In this document: in pieces, positions 1 to 10,391 of the stretch
Layout: each line of letters starts with the position of its first letter
How positions within the stretch are numbered: position 1 is the stretch's first letter
Assembly: GCA_043750125.1 (NCBI GenBank)
Contig: JAYVCD010000069.1
Span: forward strand, 1-54,582
From: Archangiaceae bacterium
GTDB taxonomy: Bacteria > Myxococcota > Myxococcia > Myxococcales > Myxococcaceae
Direction: 5' to 3'
Length of the DNA stretch: 54,582 nucleotides
Program-made: the position numbers and the translations under genes
Notes under the pieces: generated by a model
Databases searched by the model: none
What the model was told of the DNA's origin: nothing
The model's input: the letters and a program-made list of their open reading frames with translations, nothing else

Positions 1-620
1 CGAATGAACCCGAGGGACTTCGCCATCGCAGGGGTGTCGAAATGCGCCTTCCCGTCGGCGCTGAACAGCTGTCCGCCAAAGCCAAAGTAAATCGGAGCGT
101 GGAAGTAGAAGTCGGCCGCCTCGTACGCCAGCCCAAACCGGTTCTGCTCGGCGTTCGAGAGCGTCGGCAACAGCTTTAGCAGCGCCTCGGTCGTCGTCGG
201 CGCCACTTTCACCAGCGCCAGGTTGTGGAACAGCGCCAGGCATTTGAGCGACAGCGGCCAGCCGTAGTGGACCCCGTCGACCTCGAGCGCGTCGATCGCC
301 GGCCGCAAGTACGCGTCGGCGAACTTCGGAAGGTCGGAAGGCGAGACGACTCCCAGGCGGACGAACTGTCGCAGCCGCTCGTGGGCGAAGATGAAGACGT
401 CCGGGCCCGCGTCGTGCGGAATCGCGCTGGTGATCTTCGAGCTGAAGGCGTCGTACGGCACCGCCAGCAGCTCGACTTCCTGACCGGTCCGGGCGGTGAA
501 TTCCCTGCTCAACTTCTGCAGCGCCTGCTCTTCGCCTCCCCGGTAGGCGTGCCAGAGCTTCAACGGTCCGGCCCAGGCAAGGCCCGCGCACAGCAGCGCA
601 GCGAGCCCGGCGAATCTCAA
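1..620 (-). CDS. Sugar (maltose/maltodextrin) ABC transporter substrate-binding protein, partial (runs off window start)
   Basis: Not in the ORF track. Manual translation from TTG at 620 (TTGA overlap with the ATPase stop): LRFAGLAALLCAGLAWAGPLKLWHAYRGGEEQAL...GPDVFIFAHERL. Signal peptide plus the MalE-type GPD(V)F motif. Confidence 0.85.
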   Translation of the reverse strand, partial: MRFAGLAALLCAGLAWAGPLKLWHAYRGGEEQALQKLSREFTARTGQEVELLAVPYDAFSSKITSAIPHDAGPDVFIFAHERLRQFVRLGVVSPSDLPKFADAYLRPAIDALEVDGVHYGWPLSLKCLALFHNLALVKVAPTTTEALLKLLPTLSNAEQNRFGLAYEAADFYFHAPIYFGFGGQLFSADGKAHFDTPAMAKSLGFI

Positions 621-1678
621 TTTCTACCTTGCGTGGGAGGGTGCCGCAGCGCCTTCGTCCCGTCGGAAGAAAACAGGTGGGTCACATCGCCCATCGGCTT
701 CACTTTCACCCTCTGCCCCACCTCGGCCAGGCCTTCGAATCGCGCCACCAGCGGGCCATCGGCTGTCTTCAAGAACGCGAACCCATCGAAGCCCAGCCGT
801 TCGACCGCCTCGATCTCTCCGCTGAACGGGCCTTCTGCTTCGATGCGCAGATCTTGAGGTCGCAGCCCGACCAGCAGCTCGCCCGTCGCTTCGGCCGGAG
901 CCGGAAGGGTGAAGCCCACTCCGCGCAGCACCTGCCCGTCGCGGCGCGCAGGCAGCATGTTCATCGCAGGCGATCCGAGGAACGTCGCCACAAAGCGGTT
1001 GGTCGGCCGGTGGTACAGCTCGAGCGGCGGCCCCAGCTGCTGCAACACGCCCTGGTTGAAGACCGCGACCCGGCTGGCCAGCGTCATCGCTTCGACCTGG
1101 TCATGGGTGACGTAGAGCATCGTCACTCCCAGTCGGCGGTGCAGCCGCGCCAGCTCTCCGCGCATCGCCACCCGCAGCGAGGTGTCGAGGTTGCTCAGCG
1201 GCTCGTCGAAGAGGAACAGCTTCGGGCGACGCACGATCACCCGGCCCATCGCGACCCGCTGGCGCTGGCCTCCCGAAAGCGCCTTCGGCTTGCGATCCAT
1301 CAGCGCCGTCAGCTCGAGCAACCCCGCCGCTTCGTTCACCCGGGTCGCAATTTCGGCCACCGGCAGCTTGCGCAGCATCAACCCGAACCCCAGGTTTTCC
1401 CGGACCGTCAGGTGGGGGTAGAGCGCGTAGCTCTGGAACACCATTCCGACATCGCGATCGCGCGGAGCGACCTCGTTGACCCGCTTGCCATCGAACGAGA
1501 TTTCGCCCGCGTCGCACTGTTCGAGGCCGGCGATCAGCCGCAGCAGGGTCGTCTTTCCGCACCCGGACGGCCCGACCATCACCAGGAACTCTCCAGGGCG
1601 GATCTCGAGGTCCACGCCCTTGACGATCTCGTTCTCGCCGAATGATTTGCGGATTCCAGCGAGCTTGACGGCCGACAT
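617..1678 (-). CDS. malK: Sugar ABC transporter ATP-binding protein (MalK/UgpC family)
   Basis: Walker A GPSGCGKT, signature LSGGQRQR, Walker B FLFDEP, VFQSYALYPH, C-terminal TOBE-like region. Start trimmed to MSAVK. Confidence 0.93.
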   Translation of the reverse strand: MSAVKLAGIRKSFGENEIVKGVDLEIRPGEFLVMVGPSGCGKTTLLRLIAGLEQCDAGEISFDGKRVNEVAPRDRDVGMVFQSYALYPHLTVRENLGFGLMLRKLPVAEIATRVNEAAGLLELTALMDRKPKALSGGQRQRVAMGRVIVRRPKLFLFDEPLSNLDTSLRVAMRGELARLHRRLGVTMLYVTHDQVEAMTLASRVAVFNQGVLQQLGPPLELYHRPTNRFVATFLGSPAMNMLPARRDGQVLRGVGFTLPAPAEATGELLVGLRPQDLRIEAEGPFSGEIEAVERLGFDGFAFLKTADGPLVARFEGLAEVGQRVKVKPMGDVTHLFSSDGTKALRHPPTQGRN

Positions 1679-1802
1679 CGCGCGCACCCTACCGCGCGCC
1701 GAGAACCTCACTGCTTGAAAGTGACATGACGCAACGAGGCATATTTTCCGGTTACCCCCCTGCCCTTACGCGGGTGGGGCTGAAGTGCTTTAGAGCCCTC
1801 CC

Positions 1803-4229
1803 GTGCGCCTTCCCTTCATCGTCTGCTTCCTGGTGCTGACCTCGTGCCCGCAAACCGATTACGCCCGGCTGTACCATACCGAGCCGAAGGCCCCGTCCAT
1901 CGACGCCCAGGCGATCGAAAACCTCGACACCCTGGGCCCGACGCTGGTCGACAAGGGGCTCAACTTTTCGGTCTATTCCGAGCGGGCCGAACGGGTCGAG
2001 GTGCTGCTGTTCGATGATCCCGAATCGAACTTTCCGACCCGGCAGTTTCCGATGCAGCGCTTTGGCGATGTCTGGAACCTGTTCGTCGAAGGCCTGGGGC
2101 TGGGTCAGCACTACGGCTACATCGCCTGGGGCGCGAACTGGAAATACGACCCGGCCTGGTACCCCGGTTCGATCAAGGGCTTCTCCAGCGACGTGGACGC
2201 GGAAGGAAACCGCTTCAACCCCAACAAGCTGTTGTTCGACCCCTATTCCAAAGCGCTGCACCGGGACCACGACTGGACCAAAGGCAACCTCGCCTCGGGC
2301 CCCCGCCGCACTGAAATCACCTACGCAGCGGCCTCGAAGTCGCTGGTGGTTCAGTCGAAGTACGTCTGGAGCGAAGGCGAGACGAAGTACCGCACCCACC
2401 GCGAAGATGAGAACTGGGTCGGCCACAAATGGAGCGACCTGGTCCTCTACGAAGTTCACCCCAAAGGCTTCACCGCCAGCCCCGCATCCGGCGTGCTGCA
2501 CCCCGGCACGTTCAAGGGCCTCGCCGAGAAGGCCGACTACTTCAAGGACCTGGGAATCACCGCGGTCGAGCTGATCCCTCCGTTCGAAAAGCCGATCGAT
2601 GGAGGGTACTGGGGGTACCAGACGCTGAACTTCTTCGCTCCCGAGCTGACCTATTCGTCGCGCCGAGAGCTCGAGCAGGCGATCGACGAGTTCAAGTTCA
2701 TGGTCGAAGCGCTGCACCAGCGCGGAATCGAGGTGATCCTGGACGTGGTCTACAACCACACCGGCGAAGGGGGCTTCTGGCGCAACAAAATCGAGTTCGA
2801 CGTTTCTCCCGACCCGACGCTCGACGCGCAGTTGGTGAACTTCGACCCCAAAGAAGTCGCCGGCCTCTACAGCTACCGCGGCCTCGACAACCACGCCTAT
2901 TACGCCCTGTCCCCCGACAACCAGACGTACTGGAACAACACTGGCGTCGGCAACGAGACCCGCTGCAACAACCGCCCGATGCGCCGGCTGATCATGGACT
3001 CGCTGCACTACTGGGCGACCGAGATGCACGTCGATGGGTTCCGATTCGATCTGGCTCCGGTGCTCGGCGAAAAAGACCGCGACTACAACACCTGGGATGA
3101 TCCGAAGAACACCGTGCTGCAGGACATCATCGATGACCCCGCGCTTCAGAAGCTGAACACCCGGATCATCGCCGAGCCCTGGGCCGCGGGCAGCTACGTC
3201 AACGCCGGCCTTCCTCCGTCGGCGCAGAGCTTTGGCGGAGTGCGCGTCGGCTCGTTTCCCAGCGCCACCCGCAAGCCCGGCACCGGCTGGTACGAGTGGA
3301 ACGGGCGCTTTCGCGATTGGTGGCGGGCCTTCATCAACGACGACAACTTCAAGCTCAACAGTACCGAAGTAAAGGACGGGGGCTTCTTCCTCACCGGCAG
3401 CACCGATTGGTACTCGTGGAATGGGCGCAAGCCGTACCACTCGGTGAATTTCATCACCATCCACGACGGGTTCACCCTCTACGACGTGTTCTCGTACAAC
3501 CAGAAGCAGAACAAGTGTGGCCCGCTCAACCCGGTCTGCTGCGACCAGCCGTTCAGCCCTTTCTGCGACCGCGACTCAGGGGAGAACAACAACCGCAGCC
3601 GCGATTGGGGCCAGACCCAGGAAGCCACCAAGCGCCAGAACATGCGCAACGCGTTCGTCTCGATGATGATTTCCCACGGGACTCCGCTGCTCAACGGCGG
3701 CGACGAGTGGATGCGCACCCAGTTGGGGAACAACAACGCCTACTCGACCCGCGCCGACAACGAGTTCAACTGGTTCGACTGGGGGGTGTGGGAAGCCAAT
3801 GACGAGCGCCACCGCATGCACGACTTCGTGCGCAGCGCGATCAAGTTCCGAAAGGATCACGCCTACGCGCTCTCGCCCGACGAGTACGGAAAGGGCGCTC
3901 CCTTCGCGTGGAAGAGCCCGGCCAACACCGACGCCGTCAACTGGGGTGGAAAGGCGCTGATGGTCCACTACTACGACGCGAAGAAGGGGCCGCAGCTGGC
4001 GATTCTCATCAACATGGAAAACTCAGAGGTCGAGTTCACCTTGCCCGCCAATGCCAGCTGGAAGCGCCTGCTCGACACCCAGCAATACTTCGATCTTCCC
4101 GCCACGCTGGCCGCCGGAAATCTCGACAAGCGCATCAGCGCCAACATCACCCTCGGAAACCCGATGGCGATCCTGGACGCGAAGTACAAGGTCCCCAGCC
4201 GAAGCATCGTGGTGCTCGAAGCGAACTGA
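1803..4229 (+). CDS. glgX: Isoamylase/glycogen-debranching enzyme (GH13, GlgX-like) with lipoprotein signal
   Basis: GH13 motifs DVVYNH, DGFRFDLA, IAEPW, TIHDGFTL; N-terminal lipobox (FLVLTS-C). Confidence 0.9.
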   Translation: MRLPFIVCFLVLTSCPQTDYARLYHTEPKAPSIDAQAIENLDTLGPTLVDKGLNFSVYSERAERVEVLLFDDPESNFPTRQFPMQRFGDVWNLFVEGLGLGQHYGYIAWGANWKYDPAWYPGSIKGFSSDVDAEGNRFNPNKLLFDPYSKALHRDHDWTKGNLASGPRRTEITYAAASKSLVVQSKYVWSEGETKYRTHREDENWVGHKWSDLVLYEVHPKGFTASPASGVLHPGTFKGLAEKADYFKDLGITAVELIPPFEKPIDGGYWGYQTLNFFAPELTYSSRRELEQAIDEFKFMVEALHQRGIEVILDVVYNHTGEGGFWRNKIEFDVSPDPTLDAQLVNFDPKEVAGLYSYRGLDNHAYYALSPDNQTYWNNTGVGNETRCNNRPMRRLIMDSLHYWATEMHVDGFRFDLAPVLGEKDRDYNTWDDPKNTVLQDIIDDPALQKLNTRIIAEPWAAGSYVNAGLPPSAQSFGGVRVGSFPSATRKPGTGWYEWNGRFRDWWRAFINDDNFKLNSTEVKDGGFFLTGSTDWYSWNGRKPYHSVNFITIHDGFTLYDVFSYNQKQNKCGPLNPVCCDQPFSPFCDRDSGENNNRSRDWGQTQEATKRQNMRNAFVSMMISHGTPLLNGGDEWMRTQLGNNNAYSTRADNEFNWFDWGVWEANDERHRMHDFVRSAIKFRKDHAYALSPDEYGKGAPFAWKSPANTDAVNWGGKALMVHYYDAKKGPQLAILINMENSEVEFTLPANASWKRLLDTQQYFDLPATLAAGNLDKRISANITLGNPMAILDAKYKVPSRSIVVLEAN

Positions 4230-4355
4230 ACGGCTGCTCTTTTGCGGCAGTTCGCGGCGACCCATGAGTCGACGGCGACCCGCCCGCAGACGGCGAAAAC
4301 CGCGGGGTTGAATTGGGGCACCGCCTTGCACAGGGGGTCTGTGCACACCCCCACC

Positions 4356-4826
4356 ATGAGCGCTCTTCCCTCAGCCACGGAACGTTTGCAGGTGTTGGTG
4401 GTCTGCGCGCGCACCCGGATGTGCGCGATCCGGATTTCCCACGTGGGCGAGACGATGCGGCCGCTGCCGATCGCTGCGCTCGTCGGCGCGCCGCCCTACG
4501 TACTGGGTTTGGCGATGATTCGCGCGGTGGCCACTCCGGTCGTGGACCTCGGAGCGGTGCTGGAAGAGACGAGCCCCGCCTGCCTGACCCGATTCCTCAC
4601 CCTGAACGTCGCCACGCGGCGAATCGCGCTCGCGGTCGACCGGGTGGTGGGAGTGCAGTTCTTGACTGCTGCCGCTCTGCGCCCGCTGCCGGCCCAACTG
4701 CACAGCGGCGCGGGCCAGCGCATCGAGGCCGTCGGCTCGCTGGACGAGCAGCTGCTGTTCTTGATCGAGCCGGCCCACCTGGTGCCCGAGCCACTGTGGG
4801 CGACTTTGAGCCTCGAGGCTGCTTGA
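4356..4826 (+). CDS. cheW: Chemotaxis coupling protein CheW
   Basis: PPYVLGLAMIRAVATPVVDL and IALAVDRVVGV are CheW-type; first gene of the che operon. Confidence 0.85.
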   Translation: MSALPSATERLQVLVVCARTRMCAIRISHVGETMRPLPIAALVGAPPYVLGLAMIRAVATPVVDLGAVLEETSPACLTRFLTLNVATRRIALAVDRVVGVQFLTAAALRPLPAQLHSGAGQRIEAVGSLDEQLLFLIEPAHLVPEPLWATLSLEAA

Positions 4827-6331
4827 GCCACTTTTTGGCTCCGGCGGACGTAGAGCGCTTTCGCACCGCCCTGGGCGTTTTGTCCGGCTTCGATCTGCAA
4901 CAGCAGAAGGCCGATCTGCTGGGCGAGCTGTTGGCCCATCGCATTCGCCAGACCCGCTCGGCAGGCATCGAGCCGTACCTGCAGCGGCTGACTTCGGTGG
5001 CTACGTCGGCCGATGAGCTGCGCGAGCTGGCGACCGAGCTCACGGTCAACGAGACGTACTTTTTCCGCGAGCCCGCCCACCTCGCCGCGTTCGTCGAACA
5101 CGCAGTTCCGGCCCTCGTGGGCCACCCCGGTGAGGCTTCCGCCCGCCCCTTGCGAATTCTGTCGGCCGGCAGCTCGAGTGGGGAAGAGGCCTACTCGGTC
5201 GCGATGCTGCTCGAAAAACATCGCCCCGATCTGGTCGCGCTGGGCAGCTCGGTGGTGGGAATCGATCTCAGCCCCACTGTGCTGCAGAAGGCCCGGCGGG
5301 GTCGGTACACCGACTGGTCGCTGCGTCAGACTCCGCTCGAGTGCCGGGAACGCTACTTCCGCAAAGAGGGAAGCGAGCACCTGTTGTCGGAATCGATCGT
5401 CTCGATGGTTCGGTTCGAGCAGCGCAACCTGCTGGACGAAGATTCCGCCTTCTGGAAGCCGGAGGTGTTCGACGTCATCTTCTGTCGCAACGTCTTCATC
5501 TACTTCTCACCAGACGCCGTCGCGGCGGTCGTCGACCGCTTCCGGCGCGCGCTGAAACCGGGGGGCTTTCTTTTCCTCGGCTCGGCCGAGACGCTTCGGG
5601 GAGTCACCGACAAGTTCAGCCTGCTCACCGCGCCCAACGCGTTCTTTTATCGAATCGACGCGGGCCACCCGAACGTGGAAGCGACCCCGCCGTTGCGGCG
5701 CCCGCTCGAGGGTCCAGTCGAGCCGCCCTTCAACAGCGCCTGGATCCACGAAATCGACGCTTCGTCTGAACGGCTGCAGCTGCTGGCTTCGTCTTCCGCC
5801 CCCAGTCTGCAAGTGCCCGCCGCGCCCGAAGCAGCCCCCTGGGACTTCGAGGCCACCTTGAGCTTGTTTCGCCGCGAGTGCTTCGACGAGGCGCTGGCCA
5901 GCTTTCCGGCGCAGGGTCCCTGGTCTTCGCGGGCGAGGGTGCTGCGGGCGGTGATCCTCACCAACCGCGGTGAGGTCGACGCGGCCGAGCGGCTGTGTCG
6001 CGCCCTGCTGGCCCGTGAAGAGCTGCCTGCCGAGGCGCACTACCTCATCGCCTACGGGCGGGAACAAACGGGCGACGTTTCTGCGGCCGCCTTTCACGAC
6101 CGCGCCGCGTCCGAGCTCGACGCTACCTTCGCGATGCCCCGCTTTCACCTCGCTGCGCTCGCCAAACGCGGCGGCGACTTTCACCAGGCCCGCGAGCACT
6201 TCGTCCGCGCCCACGGACTGCTCGCGACCGAGAACGAAGAGCGGATCACCTTGTTCGCCGGGGGCTTCACCCGCTCGGGTCTGCAGCAACTGTGTCTGAC
6301 CGAGCTCCATTCGTGCGGAGGCAGCCTCTGA
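4823..6331 (+). CDS. cheR: CheR methyltransferase with C-terminal TPR region (WspC-like)
   Basis: VNETYFFRE, SAGSSSGEEAYS, FDVIFCRNVFIYF; helical TPR-like C-terminus. TTG start overlaps the cheW stop. Confidence 0.9.
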   Translation: MSHFLAPADVERFRTALGVLSGFDLQQQKADLLGELLAHRIRQTRSAGIEPYLQRLTSVATSADELRELATELTVNETYFFREPAHLAAFVEHAVPALVGHPGEASARPLRILSAGSSSGEEAYSVAMLLEKHRPDLVALGSSVVGIDLSPTVLQKARRGRYTDWSLRQTPLECRERYFRKEGSEHLLSESIVSMVRFEQRNLLDEDSAFWKPEVFDVIFCRNVFIYFSPDAVAAVVDRFRRALKPGGFLFLGSAETLRGVTDKFSLLTAPNAFFYRIDAGHPNVEATPPLRRPLEGPVEPPFNSAWIHEIDASSERLQLLASSSAPSLQVPAAPEAAPWDFEATLSLFRRECFDEALASFPAQGPWSSRARVLRAVILTNRGEVDAAERLCRALLAREELPAEAHYLIAYGREQTGDVSAAAFHDRAASELDATFAMPRFHLAALAKRGGDFHQAREHFVRAHGLLATENEERITLFAGGFTRSGLQQLCLTELHSCGGSL

Positions 6332-6828
6332 TGAGCACCGCTTCCGTCCAGACCCTCGCCCAGAGCTTCGATCAAGGCTTTGCCCAGCCCCTGGGGGCCA
6401 CCCGTCACGCCCCCTTGAACTACCTCGCCTGCCGGGTGGGAACCGAGAGCCTGGTGATCTGCCTCACCGAGCTTTCCGGCCTGCAGCGCCGGGGAAAGAT
6501 CGTGCCGCTGCGCTCGAGCGTGCCGGGTCTGCTCGGGGTCGCGGGCCTTCGTTCGCGGCTGATGCCTGTCTATCGAACTTCGATCTTGCTCGGGCTGACC
6601 CCCGCGGCCCAGCCGGAAAAGTGGATCGCGGTCTGTGGTTCCGAAGACCCGATCGGCCTCGCGCTCGACGAGTTCGAGGGCTACCTGCAGGCCGCGGCGG
6701 CCGATCTTTCGCCCCGTGGAAATCTCGATGGCGCCTGTCCCCACCTGCGCGAGCTCTTGGTCACGGGCGATCGGACCCGACCCGTCATTGCGCTGCACTC
6801 ATTGCTTCAAATGATTCGCGAACGCTGA
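6331..6828 (+). CDS. cheW: Second CheW-like coupling protein
   Basis: [18 protein letters not shown] and [10 protein letters not shown]; positioned between cheR and the MCP. Confidence 0.8.
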   Translation: MSTASVQTLAQSFDQGFAQPLGATRHAPLNYLACRVGTESLVICLTELSGLQRRGKIVPLRSSVPGLLGVAGLRSRLMPVYRTSILLGLTPAAQPEKWIAVCGSEDPIGLALDEFEGYLQAAAADLSPRGNLDGACPHLRELLVTGDRTRPVIALHSLLQMIRER

Positions 6829-6859
6829 CACCGGCGATCGCTCCACAGGAGGCCTCACG

Positions 6860-8320
6860 ATGAACACTTGGTCCGTCGGACAAAAGATTGGTGCTGGGTT
6901 CGCGGTGATGGCGGTGTTGACGGTCGCCTCGGGTGGCTTTGCCCTGGTCGAGCTCAAGGCGGTGATTGCGAGCGAGAGCGAAGCCGATCGGACCAGTCAC
7001 AACCTGTTGGACGCCACCCACTTCAAGGACGCGACCGATGACGAAACCGACGAGCTGCTGTCGTACCTGTTGTCCGGCGACGAGAAGTACCTGCGCGCGA
7101 TGAGCCAGGCGCGGGTCGAGCTCGGCAAGCTGCTCGGCGAGCTTCGCAATGAGCTGGTGGCCAGCGAGCTTCCGAAGCTCGAGCAATTGACCCGCGCCGA
7201 AGCCGAGCGCAGGCCCCTGATCGAGCAGGCGGTGGCGATGCGCAAGGCGGGCAACGTGGAAGGCGCGAGGAAGCTGCTGGACGACGAAATTCAGCTTCGC
7301 ACCGAGCGGCTCACCGAGGAAATCAAGCAGTTCATTGCGCGCGAACAGGGGGACTTGCTGGCCGTTCGTGAGCACGCCAACAGCGTGGCCAACGGCGCGA
7401 TCAATGGGGTGGCGGCGATCTGTCTGGTGGGGCTGCTGCTGGCCGTCAGCCTCGCGCTGATCTTGAGCCGCATTCTGTCGCGGCAGCTGGGGGCAGCGAT
7501 CAGCAACATCAAGAGCTCGTCTGCCGAGCTCAATGCGGCGGCGACGCAGCAGGCCACCGGCTCGGCCGAGCAGGCGTCGGCGACGGTCGAGATCACCACC
7601 ACCATTCGAGAGCTGCTCGCGACCTCGAAGCAGATTTCCGAGAGCTCGCAGCAGGTCTCGCGCATCGCCACCGAGGCGTCGACCGCCGCCACCGCCGGGG
7701 GCAAGTCGGTGAACCGGGCCCAGGACGCGATCGGCGGAATCCGCCGCCAGGTCGACGTGATCGTCAATCACATGCTCGAGCTGGGGAAGAAGTCGCAGCA
7801 GATCGGCGGGATCCTCGAGGTGATCAACGAGCTGGCCGAGCAGACCAACATCCTCGCGATAAACGCCACCATCGAATCGGCCGGAGCGGGCGACGCGGGC
7901 AAGCGCTTCGCGGTGGTCGCCGATGAGATTCGCAAGCTGGCCGACCGGGTCGGGGGCTCGTCGCGGGAAATTCGCGGCCTGGTCGAAGACATTCGTTCCT
8001 CGGCCAACACCACCGTGATGGCCACCGAAGACGGCTCGAAGTCGGTGGACGAGGGGGCCCGCCAGTTCACCGAAGTCGCCACCGGCTTCCAGCGCATTGC
8101 CGAGATGGTCCAGACCACCCGCGACGCGGCCCGGGAAATCGAGCTCTCGACCAAGCAGCAGACGTCCGCGGTCGAGCAGGTCAACCTGGCGATGGTCAAC
8201 GTCGCCCAGGCCGCGAAGGAGAGCGAGGCCAGCGCCCGACAGACGTCCGACACCTCGTCCCAACTGGCGAGCCTGTCGCGCGACCTGGCGCTTTTGATCA
8301 AGTCCGAAGCCCGGGCCTGA
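6860..8320 (+). CDS. Methyl-accepting chemotaxis protein (2 TM, periplasmic helical sensor)
   Basis: Two hydrophobic segments; signalling tip [46 protein letters not shown] upstream. Confidence 0.93.
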   Translation: MNTWSVGQKIGAGFAVMAVLTVASGGFALVELKAVIASESEADRTSHNLLDATHFKDATDDETDELLSYLLSGDEKYLRAMSQARVELGKLLGELRNELVASELPKLEQLTRAEAERRPLIEQAVAMRKAGNVEGARKLLDDEIQLRTERLTEEIKQFIAREQGDLLAVREHANSVANGAINGVAAICLVGLLLAVSLALILSRILSRQLGAAISNIKSSSAELNAAATQQATGSAEQASATVEITTTIRELLATSKQISESSQQVSRIATEASTAATAGGKSVNRAQDAIGGIRRQVDVIVNHMLELGKKSQQIGGILEVINELAEQTNILAINATIESAGAGDAGKRFAVVADEIRKLADRVGGSSREIRGLVEDIRSSANTTVMATEDGSKSVDEGARQFTEVATGFQRIAEMVQTTRDAAREIELSTKQQTSAVEQVNLAMVNVAQAAKESEASARQTSDTSSQLASLSRDLALLIKSEARA

Positions 8321-8324
8321 AGTC

Positions 8325-10391
8325 ATGCAGAAAGACCCCTTCAAATATTTCAGAATCGAAGGTCGCGAGCTCTTCGACGGCCTTTCCGGGGGCGTGCTGG
8401 ATCTCGAGAAGGGCGCGAGCGTGAAGAAGACGGTCGACGCGCTGCTGCGGCTGGCGCACACCCTGAAGGGCGCCTCGCGGGTGGTGAAGCAGCCCGGGAT
8501 TGCGGACCTCGCCCACCGCATGGAAGACGTGCTCGGGCCGTTTCGGGAGAAAGACGAGCGCCTGCCTTCTGCGGTCATCGACGGGCTCTTGAAATCGGTG
8601 GACGAAATCAAAGTTCAGCTCGACGCGCTCGATGTCCCGAAGGTCGTGCTGGCCGAGGCCCGGGTGGTTCCGGCGACTCACGTCCCCGCTGCAGCTGCGG
8701 AAGACCGATTTGCAACCCTGCGGGTCGAGATCGCGGAAGTCGACGCGCTGCTCGATGGAGCGTCCGAGCTGAACGTTCGAATGGGGGCCTTTCGCAATCA
8801 ACTGGAAGCCAGTGCCCAGGTCGAGCGCAAGGCGGCCGCATTGGTCGCGTTGCTGTCGAAGAATGACAGCGGCGCCGCGCGCAAAGAGCGGGCCGCGGCC
8901 GAAGAGTTGCGCTTCGCGGTGAGCTCGATGCGTCAAGGGCTCTCGTCGGCGCTGGATCGCACCGCCGATGAATTGTCGCAGCTGATCGAGCGGGCTCAGG
9001 CCATTCGCCTGGTGCCGGCCAGCGTGGTCTTCGGGGCGCTCGAGCGAGGCGTGCGAGACGCCGCCCAGCTGGAAGGCAAGCAGGTGCAGCTGGTCACCCG
9101 GGGCGGAGACACCCGGCTCGACGGGCATGTGCTGGCGGCGATGAAAGACGCGCTGCTGCACGTGCTGACCAACGCGACCAGCCATGGAATCGAGGCGCCA
9201 GCAGTGCGCCTGGCCGCGGGGAAGCCTGCGGAAGGGCAGATCACCTTGACCGTCGAGCGCCGGGGCAGCCGGGTCGCGTTCAGCTGTCGGGACGATGGGC
9301 GGGGCATCGACCTCGATGCGGTTCGACTGGCGGCAGTGAAGAAGGGGCTGGTCTCTGCGGCCGAGGCGAGCGCGCTGTCGACCGAAGCGGCGACGCGGCT
9401 GATCTTCGCGCCCGGCTTGTCGACCCGCGCCACGCTGTCGATGCTCGCCGGCCGCGGAATGGGAATGGACGTCGTTCGCGAAATCGCCGAACGGCTGAAG
9501 GGCAACGCCACCGCGGTCAGCGCGCTCGGCCGCGGGACGACGGTTGAAGTCTCGGTGCCGCTGTCGCTGTCGTCGCTCAATGTGTTGGCGGTAACGGCCG
9601 GCGATGTGACGGTTGGCATTCCGCTCGAGGCGATTCGACGGGCCCGCCGCATCGAGGTCAAAGACATCTGCCGCACCGGCGATGGCGAGGCGCTGCTCGA
9701 GGACGGGAAGACGATTGCATTGGTTGCGCTCAGCCGGTTCCTCGGCGGAAACGTGCAGCCTCGGCGCGCCTTTCGTTCGGTGCTGATTCTTCAGGTGGGC
9801 AGTGACTGCCTCGCGGTGGGGGTCGACCAGGTCCTGCAGATTCAGAGCGTGGTGCTGCGCCGTCTGCCTTCGGTGATTGGATCGCTGCCGCTGTATGCCG
9901 GAGCGTCCTTCGACGTAGACGGAAACCCCCAGCCGGTCATCGACCCCGCGGGGTTGATGGCTGTGGTTCGGGCCGAAGCGGGGCGCGCAGAAGTGACGTC
10001 GGGCGCGAATGTGAAAATGGCGCGGCTGCTGGTGATCGACGATTCGCTGACCACCCGCATGTTGGAAAAGAGCATTCTCGAGTCGGCCGGCTACGAGGTG
10101 GATCTGGCGGTTTCGGCCGAAGACGGCCTTGCGAAGGCGGCGAAGCGCTCATACGGGCTGTTCGTCTGCGACGTGGACATGCCTGGGATGAGCGGCTTCG
10201 ATTTCGTGACCCGGACCCGGGCAGACCAGGTGCTGAAGAAGGTGCCGGCGATCCTGGTCACGTCACGCAACTCGGCCGAGGACAAGCAGCGCGGCGCCGA
10301 CGCGGGGGCCAGCGGCTACATCGTGAAGGGCGAGTTCGATCAAGTGACCTTGTTGGGAAAGATTCGAGACCTGCTCGAGGCGGCGCACTGA
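8325..10391 (+). CDS. cheA: CheA-type hybrid kinase (Hpt-HATPase-CheW-REC; WspE-like)
   Basis: Hpt LAHTLKGAS, DDGRGID, GRGMGMDVV, C-terminal receiver LLVIDDS...DVDMPGMSG. Confidence 0.92.
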   Translation: MQKDPFKYFRIEGRELFDGLSGGVLDLEKGASVKKTVDALLRLAHTLKGASRVVKQPGIADLAHRMEDVLGPFREKDERLPSAVIDGLLKSVDEIKVQLDALDVPKVVLAEARVVPATHVPAAAAEDRFATLRVEIAEVDALLDGASELNVRMGAFRNQLEASAQVERKAAALVALLSKNDSGAARKERAAAEELRFAVSSMRQGLSSALDRTADELSQLIERAQAIRLVPASVVFGALERGVRDAAQLEGKQVQLVTRGGDTRLDGHVLAAMKDALLHVLTNATSHGIEAPAVRLAAGKPAEGQITLTVERRGSRVAFSCRDDGRGIDLDAVRLAAVKKGLVSAAEASALSTEAATRLIFAPGLSTRATLSMLAGRGMGMDVVREIAERLKGNATAVSALGRGTTVEVSVPLSLSSLNVLAVTAGDVTVGIPLEAIRRARRIEVKDICRTGDGEALLEDGKTIALVALSRFLGGNVQPRRAFRSVLILQVGSDCLAVGVDQVLQIQSVVLRRLPSVIGSLPLYAGASFDVDGNPQPVIDPAGLMAVVRAEAGRAEVTSGANVKMARLLVIDDSLTTRMLEKSILESAGYEVDLAVSAEDGLAKAAKRSYGLFVCDVDMPGMSGFDFVTRTRADQVLKKVPAILVTSRNSAEDKQRGADAGASGYIVKGEFDQVTLLGKIRDLLEAAH

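Noticed and set aside
4222..4255. Possible terminator after the isoamylase gene
   Set aside because: Weak interrupted stem with no downstream T tract.
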